Assembly: GCA_036560105.1 (NCBI GenBank)
Contig: DATBRU010000137.1
Span: forward strand, 1-41,750
Direction of reading: 5' to 3'
Length of the DNA stretch: 41,750 nucleotides
Source: Candidatus Limnocylindria bacterium
Lineage (GTDB): Bacteria; Chloroflexota; Limnocylindria; QHBO01
Both the position numbers and the translations under genes were made by a program. The notes beneath the pieces were generated by a model. It made no database searches. It was given only the letters and a program-made list of their open reading frames with translations, and had not been told where the DNA came from. Numbering within the stretch: position 1 is the stretch's first letter; each line of letters begins with the position of its first letter. Below are positions 9,614 to 20,897 of the stretch, piece after piece.

Positions 9614-10530
9614 TGTCGGCGAGTCCAGGCACGCTCGCCACGCGAGAGGCGGTCGAACGGCGACTTCGCTCGGGAAGCAGTGACGTTCGCGGCACCGTCC
9701 TCGAGGCGCTCCTCCTCCTCTCGCTGCTCATCGCCCTCGGGGTCCTGCTCATCCTCATTGCCGACATCGTCGTGCGTGCCATCGGGGTCTTCACCGATCG
9801 GGGGACCGACTTCCTCGGCTCCGCGCTCGACGCCCGTCCGGATCAAGCCGGCATCCTCCAGGGCATCATCGGTTCGGTGCTGCTGACCGTCCTGGTTGCC
9901 GTGCTGGCACTGCCGCTCGGGATCGGCGCGGCCGTCTACCTCGAGGAGTACGCCCGTGACACGTGGCTGTCGCGGCTCATCCGAACGAACATCCGCAACC
10001 TCGCCGGCGTGCCGTCGATCGTGTACGGACTGCTCGGGCTGGCGATCTTCGTGAGCCTCGTCGGGATCGGCAACTCGCTCATCGCCGGTGGCCTCACGCT
10101 CGCCGTCCTCGTGCTGCCGATCGCCGTCATCACGGCCTCGGAGGCGCTGCGCGCCGTGCCGATGAGCATCCGCGAGGCGGCATTCGGGGTCGGGGCCACC
10201 CGCTGGGAGACGATCCGCAGCCACGTGGTGCCCTATGCCGCTCCCGGCATCCTGACGGGCACGATCCTGTCGCTTGGCCGGGCGTTCGGCGAGACGGCAC
10301 CGCTGCTGATGGTCGGAGCGATCGCCGGGACCTTCTCATCGACCGCGATCTCAGACATGCTGACCGGGTCATACACCGCCCTGCCGGTGATCGTGTACGA
10401 CTGGTCCGGCAAGCCGCAGGACGAGTTCCGATCGCTCACTGCGGCGGCGATCGTCGTGCTGCTCCTCGTCATCCTTCTCGTGAACGCGACCGCCATCCTT
10501 CTCAGGAATCGATATGACCGAAAGTGGTGA
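9613..10530 (+). CDS. pstA: Phosphate ABC transporter permease PstA
   Basis: 305 aa with an EAA loop ([16 protein letters not shown]). Its start overlaps the pstC stop by 1 nt (TGATG). Confidence 0.9.
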   Translation: MSASPGTLATREAVERRLRSGSSDVRGTVLEALLLLSLLIALGVLLILIADIVVRAIGVFTDRGTDFLGSALDARPDQAGILQGIIGSVLLTVLVAVLALPLGIGAAVYLEEYARDTWLSRLIRTNIRNLAGVPSIVYGLLGLAIFVSLVGIGNSLIAGGLTLAVLVLPIAVITASEALRAVPMSIREAAFGVGATRWETIRSHVVPYAAPGILTGTILSLGRAFGETAPLLMVGAIAGTFSSTAISDMLTGSYTALPVIVYDWSGKPQDEFRSLTAAAIVVLLLVILLVNATAILLRNRYDRKW

Positions 10531-11452
10531 ACCGGCCATGACCGTCGAAACCTCGCCCATCCCGGCCACGCACGATGACGACGAAGGGCCGACAATACAT
10601 ATCGTGACCACGCAAGCCGAGCTCGACGCGTCGGAGCGGATCGCCCCGGCCGCAACCCGCGCCGCAGAGCCGTTCGAGGTGGCCGACGGAGAGGTTGTCT
10701 TCGAGCTCGAAGGGCTGTCGTGCTACTACGGCTCATTCCGGGCCGTGCGTGACGTCAGCCTGCGCATCCCGCGGAACCGCATCACCGCGATCATCGGTCC
10801 GTCGGGCTGCGGCAAGAGCACGCTTCTCCGCAGCTTCAACCGGATGAACGACCTCGTCGATGGCGCGTCGATCACCGGCTCGATCCGGTACCACGGCGTC
10901 GACCTCTACGCCGACGGCGTGGATCCGGTCGAAGTCCGGCGTCGCATCGGCATGGTCTTCCAGAAGCCGAACCCGTTCCCGAAGTCGATCTACGACAACG
11001 TCGCCTTCGGCCCCCGGGTCGCAGGGTTCCGTGGTGACATGGACGAGCTCGTCGAGCGCTCGCTCCATCGGGCGGCGCTGTGGGACGACGTCAAGGACAA
11101 GCTCAAGTCGCCGGGGACAGCCCTGTCGGGCGGCCAGCAGCAGCGCCTGTGCATCGCGCGAGCGATCGCCGTCGAGCCCGACGTCATCCTCATGGACGAG
11201 CCGTGCTCCGCGCTCGACCCGATCGCCACGCTGAAGATCGAGGAGCTCATGCGCGAGCTGCGCGAGAGCTACACGATTGTCATCGTGACCCACAACATGC
11301 AGCAGGCAGCTCGGGCGAGCGACGTGACCGCGTTCCTCACGATGGCCGAGGACCGCGCCGGCCACCTGGTCGAGATGGCGCCCACCGATCAGCTCTTCAC
11401 CAAGCCCGCGAACCGGATCACCGAGGACTACATCACGGGCCGGTTCGGCTGA
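10514..11452 (+). CDS. pstB: Phosphate ABC transporter ATP-binding protein PstB
   Basis: Walker [10 protein letters not shown], signature LSGGQQQRL, Walker [12 protein letters not shown] and the PstB-typical YYG are present. An acidic N-terminal extension of ~50 aa is present. An alternative ATG is at 10538. Confidence 0.92.
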   Translation: MTESGEPAMTVETSPIPATHDDDEGPTIHIVTTQAELDASERIAPAATRAAEPFEVADGEVVFELEGLSCYYGSFRAVRDVSLRIPRNRITAIIGPSGCGKSTLLRSFNRMNDLVDGASITGSIRYHGVDLYADGVDPVEVRRRIGMVFQKPNPFPKSIYDNVAFGPRVAGFRGDMDELVERSLHRAALWDDVKDKLKSPGTALSGGQQQRLCIARAIAVEPDVILMDEPCSALDPIATLKIEELMRELRESYTIVIVTHNMQQAARASDVTAFLTMAEDRAGHLVEMAPTDQLFTKPANRITEDYITGRFG

Positions 11453-12162
11453 TGACCACCAACGATCCGATGCGAGGGGCGGCCGACGTGGCACTCGAGC
11501 ACGGCGGCCCGCGCGCGACGTTCGATCGCGCGCTCGAGGGCGTCAAGGACGACGTCCTGCGCCTCGGCGCCAAGGTGGAGGAAGCGCTCGAGCGCGCCGG
11601 ACGCGCTCTCGTCGAGCGCGACAGCGAGCTCGCCGATCGTGTGCGCTGGGACGATCGCAACGTCAACGAGCTCCAGCGCGAGATCAATGCTGAGATCACC
11701 ACCCTCATCGCCACGCAGGGACCGGTGGCGCGCGACGTGCGCGAGCTGCTGGCGCTCTATCACGCCGCGGCCGAGCTCGAGCGCATGGGCGACTACGCCG
11801 TCAGCATCGCCAAGCTGGCGCAGCAGCTCGCCTCGGAGCCCGAGACGCCGATCCTCAAGCAGGTCCCGCGCATGGAGCAGATCTGCCGGGAGCAGCTTCG
11901 CGCCGCGATGCGCGCCCTCGTCGACGTCAGCGAGTCGGAGGCGCGCGAGGTGTGCCGGCGCGACGACGAGATCGACGAGCTCTACCGCAGCGTCTACGCC
12001 GATGCGCTTGCCATGATGGAGCTCACTCCCGAGCGCGCACGACAGGCAACGCACATGCTGTTCGCAGCACACCACCTCGAGCGGCTCGGCGACCGCGTCA
12101 CGAACATCGGCGAGGACGTCGTGTACCTGGCCACCGGCCAGGTCGAGGATCTCAACGACTAG
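11452..12162 (+). CDS. phoU: Phosphate signalling regulator PhoU
   Basis: 236 aa. Two PhoU repeats carry the E(L/R)ERMGD / LERLGDR motifs. Its ATG overlaps the pstB stop (TGATG). Confidence 0.9.
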   Translation: MTTNDPMRGAADVALEHGGPRATFDRALEGVKDDVLRLGAKVEEALERAGRALVERDSELADRVRWDDRNVNELQREINAEITTLIATQGPVARDVRELLALYHAAAELERMGDYAVSIAKLAQQLASEPETPILKQVPRMEQICREQLRAAMRALVDVSESEAREVCRRDDEIDELYRSVYADALAMMELTPERARQATHMLFAAHHLERLGDRVTNIGEDVVYLATGQVEDLND

Positions 12163-12166
12163 TCCC

Positions 12167-12865
12167 ATGCGACGACGGCTGCTGCTCGTCGAAGACGACG
12201 ACACGCTTCGCCAGGCGCTCGCGTTCAACCTGACCCGCGAGGGGTACGAGGTCGCCACCGTGGCGGACGGCGAGGCAGCGCTCGAGGCCGGCCGCAACGA
12301 CCGTCTCGACCTGATCCTCCTCGACGTGATGCTGCCCGGGATGAGCGGCGTCGAGGTCCTTCGCGTGCTGCGCGGCGAAGGAATCGGCACCCCGGTGATC
12401 ATCCTTTCCGCGAAGGGCGACGAGATCGACCGCGTGGTCGGCCTCAAGGTCGGAGCGGACGACTACGTCGCGAAGCCGTTCAGCCGGCCGGAGCTGCTGG
12501 CCCGGATCGAGGCCGTCATGCGCCGTCATCGCCGCGAGCCCGATGCTCCGGAGGCCAGAACCGAGCTTGAGTACGGCTCCGTCCACATCGACGTCGATCG
12601 GCGAGAGGTGACGGTCGCGGGCGAGCCGGTCCACCTCACGACGAAGGAGTTCGACCTGCTGGCGCATATGGCGTCGAGTCCCGGGCGCATCTTCACCCGC
12701 GATCAGCTGCTGTCCCGCATCTGGGGCTATGACTACGACGGCGACGGACGCACCGTCGACGTTCACGTCAGCTGGCTCCGGGGCAAGCTCCGCGGGAGCG
12801 ACGGGCACAACCACTTCCGAACCGTGCGCGGCGTCGGCTACGCCTTCGCGCCGCGGCCATCGTGA
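12167..12865 (+). CDS. OmpR/PhoB-family response regulator (PhoP/RegX3-like by context)
   Basis: The receiver domain shows LLVEDDD, LDLILLDVMLPGMSG and KP. The winged-helix output domain ends in FRTVRGVGYAF. It lies directly after phoU. Confidence 0.9.
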   Translation: MRRRLLLVEDDDTLRQALAFNLTREGYEVATVADGEAALEAGRNDRLDLILLDVMLPGMSGVEVLRVLRGEGIGTPVIILSAKGDEIDRVVGLKVGADDYVAKPFSRPELLARIEAVMRRHRREPDAPEARTELEYGSVHIDVDRREVTVAGEPVHLTTKEFDLLAHMASSPGRIFTRDQLLSRIWGYDYDGDGRTVDVHVSWLRGKLRGSDGHNHFRTVRGVGYAFAPRPS

Positions 12866-13911
12866 CGGAGCCGTCCGGCGCCGCGGCCTTCGAGGCCTTG
12901 ATCGGTCGTCGCAGCGACCACCTGTTCGTGATCGTGGACGATGCGCTGCGCATCGTGCGCGCCGGTCCGGAGGCCGCCGCCCTCGCGGAGCGCTCGGAGG
13001 TCGAGCTGGTGGGCATGAGCCTCATCGCCGCGTTCGGATCGGCATCCCTCGACGCCGTCGCGCGCCAGGCGCTTGCAGGTGTTGGTGTCAGCGGCGAGGC
13101 GGCGCTCGGCCATCTCGGCACGCGCCAGTTCACGGTCGACGCGGCCCCGCTGGCTGACGGCGGTCTGGTTCTCTCGCTGCACGACATCACCGCCCTGCGC
13201 CGGGCCGAGCGCGTGCGCCGCGACTTCGTCGCGAACATCGGCCATGAGCTGCGCACGCCGCTGACCTCGATCAAGCTGCTGGCCGAGAGCCTCTCGTCGG
13301 GTGCCGTCGATGACCTCGCCACGATGCGCGAGTTCGCCGGCCAGGTCGAGCGTGAGACCGACCATCTCGCCCAGCTGGTGGACGAGCTGCTCGACCTGAC
13401 CATGATCGAGTCGGGAGAGACGACCCTCTCCATCGCGCCGGTCGACCCGGACGACATCGTCGCATCCTGCGTGTCCCGTATCGGGCCGGTCGCCGAGCGG
13501 CGCGAGGTGCGCGTTCGGCGCATGCCGTCACCGGAGGCATCGGCGCGGGCGCTCGCCGATCCGGAGCGGCTCGGCCAGGCGCTCCTGAACCTGGCCCACA
13601 ACGCGGTGAAGTACAGCCACCACGGGGGAGAGGTCCGGGTCGGCTGGGAGCCGGTCGCCGACCTCGTTCGGTTCACGGTTTCGGACGACGGGATCGGCGT
13701 GCCGGAGGTGCATCAGTCGCGCGTGTTCGAGCGCTTCTACAAGGTCGATCGCGCTCGCACCCGCGAGCAGGAATCGCCCCACGGGGGGTCTGCCGGCCTC
13801 GGCCTGGCCATCGTGCGGCATATCGCCGAAGCCCACGGGGGCGCCGTCGGCCTCATCTCGGACGAGGGCGTCGGCTCGACCTTCTGGATCGAGGTCCCCC
13901 GAGCCGACTGA
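12862..13911 (+). CDS. Sensor histidine kinase, PAS-HisKA-HATPase, with no predicted transmembrane segment
   Basis: It has a GTGA overlap with the regulator gene. H-box HELRTPLTSI, N-box NLAHNAVKY, G1 DDGIGV and G2 GGSAGLGLAIV are present. The N-terminal ~110 aa are PAS-like and not hydrophobic. Confidence 0.88.
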   Translation: MTEPSGAAAFEALIGRRSDHLFVIVDDALRIVRAGPEAAALAERSEVELVGMSLIAAFGSASLDAVARQALAGVGVSGEAALGHLGTRQFTVDAAPLADGGLVLSLHDITALRRAERVRRDFVANIGHELRTPLTSIKLLAESLSSGAVDDLATMREFAGQVERETDHLAQLVDELLDLTMIESGETTLSIAPVDPDDIVASCVSRIGPVAERREVRVRRMPSPEASARALADPERLGQALLNLAHNAVKYSHHGGEVRVGWEPVADLVRFTVSDDGIGVPEVHQSRVFERFYKVDRARTREQESPHGGSAGLGLAIVRHIAEAHGGAVGLISDEGVGSTFWIEVPRAD

Positions 13912-13920
13912 GGCGGAGGG

Positions 13921-15993
13921 CTACTGGTCCGAGACCGTCAGCTCCAGGAAGGCCATCACGTCGGCGCGCTCGTCGATGAGCTTGCTGACCGGCTTGCCCA
14001 GCCCGTGGCCCGCATCGGTGTCGATGCGGACGATCACCGGCCCGTCTCCGGCCTGTGCGGCCTGGAGCGCGGCAGCGAACTTGAACGAGTGGCCGGGCAC
14101 GACCCGGTCGTCGTGGTCACCGGTCGTGATGATCGTCGGCGGATAGGCAACGCCGTCGCGGATGTTGTGCAACGGCGAGTACGCCATCAGCGTCCGGAAG
14201 CCGTCGGGGTCGTCGGCCGAGCCGTAGTCGCTCGTCCAGCCCCAGCCGATCGTGAACCGATGAAAGCGGAGCATGTCCATGACCCCCACCTCGGCCACGA
14301 CGGCCCCGTACAGCTCAGGGTGCTGCGTCATGCAGGCGCCGACCAGGAGGCCGCCGTTCGAACGGCCATGGATCGCGAGGTGGGCTGCATCGGTCCAGCC
14401 GGACGACGCCAGCCAGCGAGCACAGGCCGCGAAGTCGTCGAAGACGTTCTGCTTCTTCGTGAGCCGCCCGTCATCGTGCCAGGCCTTGCCGTACTCGCCG
14501 CCGCCCCGGAGCGACGCAACGGCCATGAGGCCGCCGCGCTCCATCCACGCCAGCCATTCGGGCTTGAAGAGCGGGCCGATCGCGATCTGGAACCCCCCGT
14601 AGCCGTACAGCCAGGTCGGGACCTCGCCGGTTCGCTCGACGTCGCGCCGATGCGTGAGGAAGAGCGGAATGCGGGTGCCGTCACCCGAGGTGACGAACAC
14701 CTGATCGGTCACGAAGTCGTCCGGATCCCACGCCAGCGACCGTTCGCCGATCTCGCGCACCGCGCCGTCGGCGGTGCGAATACCGAGCACCCGGGCGGGA
14801 GCCGCAAACGTCATGAGTGTGCAGAAGAGCTCGTCGTCCTCGCGCTCGCCGGCAAGGTCGGCGACGGTGCCGATCCCCGGCAGGCCGACGTCGCACACCG
14901 GCGTCCCGTTGAGCTCAGCGATGACCATCCGATGATGGGCGTCGTGGAGGTAGGCGCACACCAGGCGCCCGCCGACGAGCTTCACCGCCTCGAGCGCGTC
15001 CGCACCCTCGGGGACGATCTCGTCCCGGGTCGACGGATCCGCAAGGTCGATGGCGATGACGCGACCCATCGGCGCGTCAAGATCGGTGTGGAGGTACAGC
15101 GTCCCCTCGATCGCGCCGATCGGCAGGTAGCTCGCATCGGGCTCGTCGATGAGCGGGCGCACCTCGGCGGACTCGACGCCGGCCGTCAGATCGGCGATAT
15201 AGACCCGGTTCTCGGGGTCCGTGCCGCGCCACACGTTCAGAACGAGCAGGCGACCCTCGTCGAGGACCTCGGGCTCGAAGCCCCACTCGGGCTGGTCGGT
15301 CCGGGCATACACCAGCCGGTCCGAGGCGGGGTCGTCGCCGAGGCGGTGGTACCGCAGCTCCATGTTCAGGTTGGGCGCGTCGTATGCCGCATCGGGGGGT
15401 GGCTCGGGGTAGCAACCGTAGAAGAAGCCGGCGTCGTCGTGGGTCCAGGCGGCCGAGCTGAACTTGCTCCAGCTGATCCGGTCGGGCAGGTCCTCGCCGG
15501 TCGACGTGCGTCGCACGCCCCACGTCCGCCAGTCGGATCCTGCGTCGCTGGTCGCGTAGGCGATCAGCTCGCCGCTCTCGCTCGTGGCGGTCGCCGCCAG
15601 CGCCGTGGTGCCGTCGTCGCTCAGGAGGTTCGGATCGAGCAGCACGCGTCCGCCGACCCCCGGCGCGTCACCCGCCCAGAGCACATCCTGGTCCTGGAGC
15701 CCGGTGTTCCGCATCTGCAGCCAGCGATCACCCCGCCGCCACGGTGAGCCGGCGCGCGGGAAGTCCCACAGCTCGGCGAGCCGTGTGCGGATCTCGTGGC
15801 GCTCGGGTAGCTCACCCAGCACGCTCTCGGTTAACCGGTTCTGGGCGGCGATCCATTCGCGTGACTCCGGCGCATCCGAGTCCTCCAGAGCCCGGTACGG
15901 ATCGGCAACGGAGGTGCCGTGATAGTCATCGACCTGGTCGCCGATGGGAGCGGTCGGATAGTCGAGGGATGGCATGTCGTGATTGTCGCTCAC
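13921..15993 (-). CDS. Prolyl oligopeptidase (peptidase S9A)
   Basis: 690 aa with an N-terminal DPYRALED motif, a beta-propeller region, and the catalytic elements GRSNGG (Ser), GDHDDRV (Asp) and DAGHG (His). The start is GTG 15993, with an alternative ATG at 15975. Confidence 0.9.
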   Translation of the reverse strand: MSDNHDMPSLDYPTAPIGDQVDDYHGTSVADPYRALEDSDAPESREWIAAQNRLTESVLGELPERHEIRTRLAELWDFPRAGSPWRRGDRWLQMRNTGLQDQDVLWAGDAPGVGGRVLLDPNLLSDDGTTALAATATSESGELIAYATSDAGSDWRTWGVRRTSTGEDLPDRISWSKFSSAAWTHDDAGFFYGCYPEPPPDAAYDAPNLNMELRYHRLGDDPASDRLVYARTDQPEWGFEPEVLDEGRLLVLNVWRGTDPENRVYIADLTAGVESAEVRPLIDEPDASYLPIGAIEGTLYLHTDLDAPMGRVIAIDLADPSTRDEIVPEGADALEAVKLVGGRLVCAYLHDAHHRMVIAELNGTPVCDVGLPGIGTVADLAGEREDDELFCTLMTFAAPARVLGIRTADGAVREIGERSLAWDPDDFVTDQVFVTSGDGTRIPLFLTHRRDVERTGEVPTWLYGYGGFQIAIGPLFKPEWLAWMERGGLMAVASLRGGGEYGKAWHDDGRLTKKQNVFDDFAACARWLASSGWTDAAHLAIHGRSNGGLLVGACMTQHPELYGAVVAEVGVMDMLRFHRFTIGWGWTSDYGSADDPDGFRTLMAYSPLHNIRDGVAYPPTIITTGDHDDRVVPGHSFKFAAALQAAQAGDGPVIVRIDTDAGHGLGKPVSKLIDERADVMAFLELTVSDQ

Positions 15994-16015
15994 CTGTATG
16001 CTTGACGGTGCAACT

Positions 16016-16486
16016 ATGCCGTCGGTCGCCTCGGTTCAGAACCGCACCATCTCCGCCCGCGATCCGCGCCTCGCGGCGTGGCGGTCGTTCCTCCGCGCTC
16101 ACGCGCGCGTCGTGCGCAGTCTCGAGACCGAGCTGACCGATGAGCAGGACCTGGCGCTGACCGACTACGACGTGCTCGTCCAGCTGTCCCGCGCCCCCGA
16201 GCGACGGCTGCGCATGAGCGAGCTGGCCGATGCGCTCCTGTTGTCCCGCTCCGGCGCCACGCGCCTGGTCGACCGGCTCGTGGGTGCGGGGCTCGTCGAA
16301 CGGGTGGTGTGCGAGACCGATCGTCGCGGCCAATGGGCCGCCCTCACGGATGCGGGTCACCGGCGTCTTCGCACGGCCACGCCGACCCACCTGCGCGGTG
16401 TGGCGCAGCACTTCCTCGATCACCTCGGGCCGGATGACCTCGCCGCGCTGGAGCGCATGCTCGAACCGATCGCGAACGACGCCTAG
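16016..16486 (+). CDS. MarR-family transcriptional regulator
   Basis: It has a winged helix (MSELADALLLSRSGATRLVDRLVGAGLVER...DRRG). The start is ambiguous: TTG 15983, ATG 15998 and ATG 16016 are all in frame. It is divergent from the peptidase gene. Confidence 0.78.
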   Translation: MPSVASVQNRTISARDPRLAAWRSFLRAHARVVRSLETELTDEQDLALTDYDVLVQLSRAPERRLRMSELADALLLSRSGATRLVDRLVGAGLVERVVCETDRRGQWAALTDAGHRRLRTATPTHLRGVAQHFLDHLGPDDLAALERMLEPIANDA

Positions 16487-17352
16487 TCGCCCGCCGCGGC
16501 GTCGGCCTCGTCGCGGAGGCCCTGGACCATGCCGGCGCGAGGGTCGTCCTGCGCCAGCTCGAGAAACTCGTCGAATGCGGCAAGCGCCCGTTCCGGGTCG
16601 CCCTCCCCGCGCAGCGCGATGAGACCGTCGAAGAACGCGGCCTCGACCGGATCGACCGTGTCCAACTCGGCATACGAGTCGTGAACGGCACGAGCATTGA
16701 GGTAGTCCCCGGCCCGCAGATAGGCCGTCATCAGCCGCTCGTAGGCGTCGGCGCGACCCGGTTCGGCGTTGATGAGCAGCTGAAGGGACGCGGCAGCGCG
16801 CGCGAGGTCGTCCCCGGACGAGCCGGCGAGGTACGCATCGGCAAGGTCGGACAGGGTGGCAGCGTCGGTCGGATCCGCGGCAACGTCGGTCAGCAGCTCG
16901 GTGATGCGCGCCTGGCGCGCCGCTTCGGTGGCCTGTGCTGCGGCCAGCGACCGGTTCACGACGGTGGCGTTGGCCAGGCCGCTTGCCGGGACCAGCGTGC
17001 CGGCCAGCAGCGCGATGCCGATGGCGCCGGCGACCACGAACGCCGCGGTCCGTCCGTTGCGCGAGCCGGACGGCGCCGGCGGAACCGCCACGACGACATC
17101 GAGCGCGGCCCTGGTCTCGGCAGCGTGCGCCTCCACCTCGGCCAGCTGGGCGGCATATGCCTCGCCATCGAGGGATCCGGCGCGGTGGTCGGCCTCGACG
17201 TCGCGTAGCGCCTCGAGCGCCACGCGGTGGCGGATCTGCGCGGCATCTCGCTCGTCGAGGGGCGTTCCAGCGGGCGTTCCCCGCCACAGCGGGCTGAGCA
17301 CGAACGCGCCGGCCGCGGCCAGTCCGATGGCAAGGAGCAGGATCTCAGGCAT
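16483..17352 (-). CDS. ccmI: Cytochrome c maturation protein CcmI/CycH-like (2 TM plus TPR)
   Basis: 289 aa starting at ATG 17352, inside the 421-aa track ORF. It has an N-terminal TM helix (MPEILLLAIGLAAAGAFVL), a charged loop, a second TM helix, and TPR-like repeats (ADAYLAG...ERLMTAYLRAGDY). It is the last gene of the ccm operon and overlaps ccmH by 8 nt. The assignment rests on architecture and context. Confidence 0.7.
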   Translation of the reverse strand: MPEILLLAIGLAAAGAFVLSPLWRGTPAGTPLDERDAAQIRHRVALEALRDVEADHRAGSLDGEAYAAQLAEVEAHAAETRAALDVVVAVPPAPSGSRNGRTAAFVVAGAIGIALLAGTLVPASGLANATVVNRSLAAAQATEAARQARITELLTDVAADPTDAATLSDLADAYLAGSSGDDLARAAASLQLLINAEPGRADAYERLMTAYLRAGDYLNARAVHDSYAELDTVDPVEAAFFDGLIALRGEGDPERALAAFDEFLELAQDDPRAGMVQGLRDEADAAAGD

Positions 17353-17791
17353 CGAGCGCCTCCGCCTCGTCATGGAGGAGCCGTCGCTCCTCCGCGCTGA
17401 CCGACGCGACCGGGCTCGTTCCAGTGCGCCGTCGCACGAGCCACGCGGCGAGGGCCGCCGCCCCACCGATGACGACCACGAAGGGCAGCACCCACCAGGC
17501 GGGGGCGCTTGGCGACAGGAGCACCCACTCGCCGTATCGGTCGGTGAAGTGCTCACGTACCTCGGCATCGCTGGCGCCACCGGCGAGCAGCTCGTCGATC
17601 TGGCGCCGAATCTCGACCGCCGAGGCGGTGTGGGAGTCGGCCACGGACAGGCCGGCGCAGTCGGGACAGCGCAGGCCCCCGGCGAGCGCCTCCGCCCGGT
17701 CGGCAGCGGTCGCGGGTGGAGCCGGACGCAGGAGGATGATCGCCACAAGGGCCGCCAGCAGGCCGATCCCGACCACGGACGCCCACCGCAT
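17345..17791 (-). CDS. ccmH: Cytochrome c-type biogenesis protein CcmH
   Basis: 148 aa with a signal/anchor segment, then the LRCPDCAGLSVADSHTASA motif (LRCxxC) and a C-terminal TM helix. Confidence 0.85.
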   Translation of the reverse strand: MRWASVVGIGLLAALVAIILLRPAPPATAADRAEALAGGLRCPDCAGLSVADSHTASAVEIRRQIDELLAGGASDAEVREHFTDRYGEWVLLSPSAPAWWVLPFVVVIGGAAALAAWLVRRRTGTSPVASVSAEERRLLHDEAEALDA

Positions 17792-18312
17792 CACGGGCTG
17801 ACTCCGATCGTCGCCAGGTGCTCCTCCATGAGCTCCGGCGTGAGAGGACCGAACTGCTTGGCGCGCACGATGCCGTCGGCGTCGACGAAGTACGTCTCCG
17901 GTGGCCCGGTCACGCCGAAGTCGATGGCCACCCAGCCGTGCTCGTCGAAGAGCTGCTCGTACCCCGCGTCCCCGTAGCGGGCCAGGAAGACCTGGGCGTC
18001 GATGACCGTGTCCTGGTACGTCATTCCGACGACCGTCACTCCAGCGTTCTCGTAGGCATCGGCCAGCACCGGGTGCTCGTCGACGCACGCCGGAATGCAC
18101 CAGGAAGCCCAGAAGTTCACGACGTACGGCTCGCCGACCAGGTCGACGCTCGCGACGAGGTCGCCATCGAGATTCCGCAGTCGCCATTCGGGCGCCGGCT
18201 GACCGATGAGCGGCGACGTGAGCTCGGTGGGATCGCGCCCGAAGCCGGTGAAGAGCAGCCAGCCGAGCGGGATGACCACGGCCGGGATGAGGAGCCAGCG
18301 CAGGTATCGCAT
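17791..18312 (-). CDS. ccmG: Thiol:disulfide oxidoreductase CcmG/DsbE (TlpA family) with an atypical active site
   Basis: 173 aa starting at ATG 18312 with an N-terminal anchor. The thioredoxin-fold segment VVNFWASWCIPACVDEHP aligns with the E. coli DsbE WATWCPTCRAEH segment, but with one extra residue between the cysteines. Confidence 0.85.
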   Translation of the reverse strand: MRYLRWLLIPAVVIPLGWLLFTGFGRDPTELTSPLIGQPAPEWRLRNLDGDLVASVDLVGEPYVVNFWASWCIPACVDEHPVLADAYENAGVTVVGMTYQDTVIDAQVFLARYGDAGYEQLFDEHGWVAIDFGVTGPPETYFVDADGIVRAKQFGPLTPELMEEHLATIGVSP

Positions 18313-18319
18313 CGGCAGC

Positions 18320-20325
<2,006 letters not shown>

Positions 20326-20329
<4 letters not shown>

Positions 20330-20802
20330 GAATCCTCACCGGGGATGAAATTCCGGTCGGAAGGCAGCGCTCCCGGCTCTGGAGCCACGTAGTTCTCGTC
20401 GTGCTTGACGATGACCTGGGTGGCCTGGAACACGCCATCGATCCCGAGCCTGCCCTCCACCACGGCTCCCGAGCCCTCGCGGAAGGATGCCGTCGGGGCG
20501 GTGGTCGTGTGGACGGCGATCCGCTCGTCGCCATCGGTCAGCACGAAGGTGAGGTCGTACGGGTCGTCGGCCTGCACGATCGAGCCGTCGAGCACCATGC
20601 CGCCCAGTCGAACCGTGGTGTCGATGGCGTCGTCGCCACGGTCGAGCAGCTCGGTCGGAGTGACGTAGTAGACCAGCGCGTTGCCGACGCTGGAGAAGGC
20701 CAGGTAGCCGATGACGACCACCACCACGCCGACCAGGACAACGATGCCCCACGGCCTCCGCGGCGGTGGCAGCACCGGCTCGACGGGCGGCGCGACCGTC
20801 AT
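20326..20802 (-). CDS. ccmE: Haem chaperone CcmE
   Basis: 158 aa with an N-terminal anchor and an OB fold. The haem-binding motif VKHDENY (HxxxY) is present. Confidence 0.9.
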
Positions 20803-20897
20803 TGCGACCGGAGGCGACGCCAGAGCGTGACGGTGTAGAGCGCGAGCCCGCCGATGATCACGACGTAGGCGGCGATGACGAACTCGACGTCGGTCAT
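20799..20897 (-). CDS. ccmD: Haem exporter protein CcmD
   Basis: 32 aa (MTDVEFVIAAYVVIIGGLALYTVTLWRRLRSQ) with a single TM helix. It has ATGA overlaps with both ccmC and ccmE. The call is based on position and size. Confidence 0.6.
   Translation of the reverse strand: MTDVEFVIAAYVVIIGGLALYTVTLWRRLRSQ

Noticed and set aside
14005-15747. A 580-aa plus-strand ORF antisense to the prolyl oligopeptidase gene
   Set aside because: It has no recognisable domains and an Arg/Val/Gly-rich composition. The opposite strand encodes a full S9A peptidase with its catalytic triad.
15926-17287. A 453-aa minus-strand ORF spanning the MarR gene and ccmI
   Set aside because: It is Arg-rich low-complexity translation that crosses two independently supported genes on different strands or frames.
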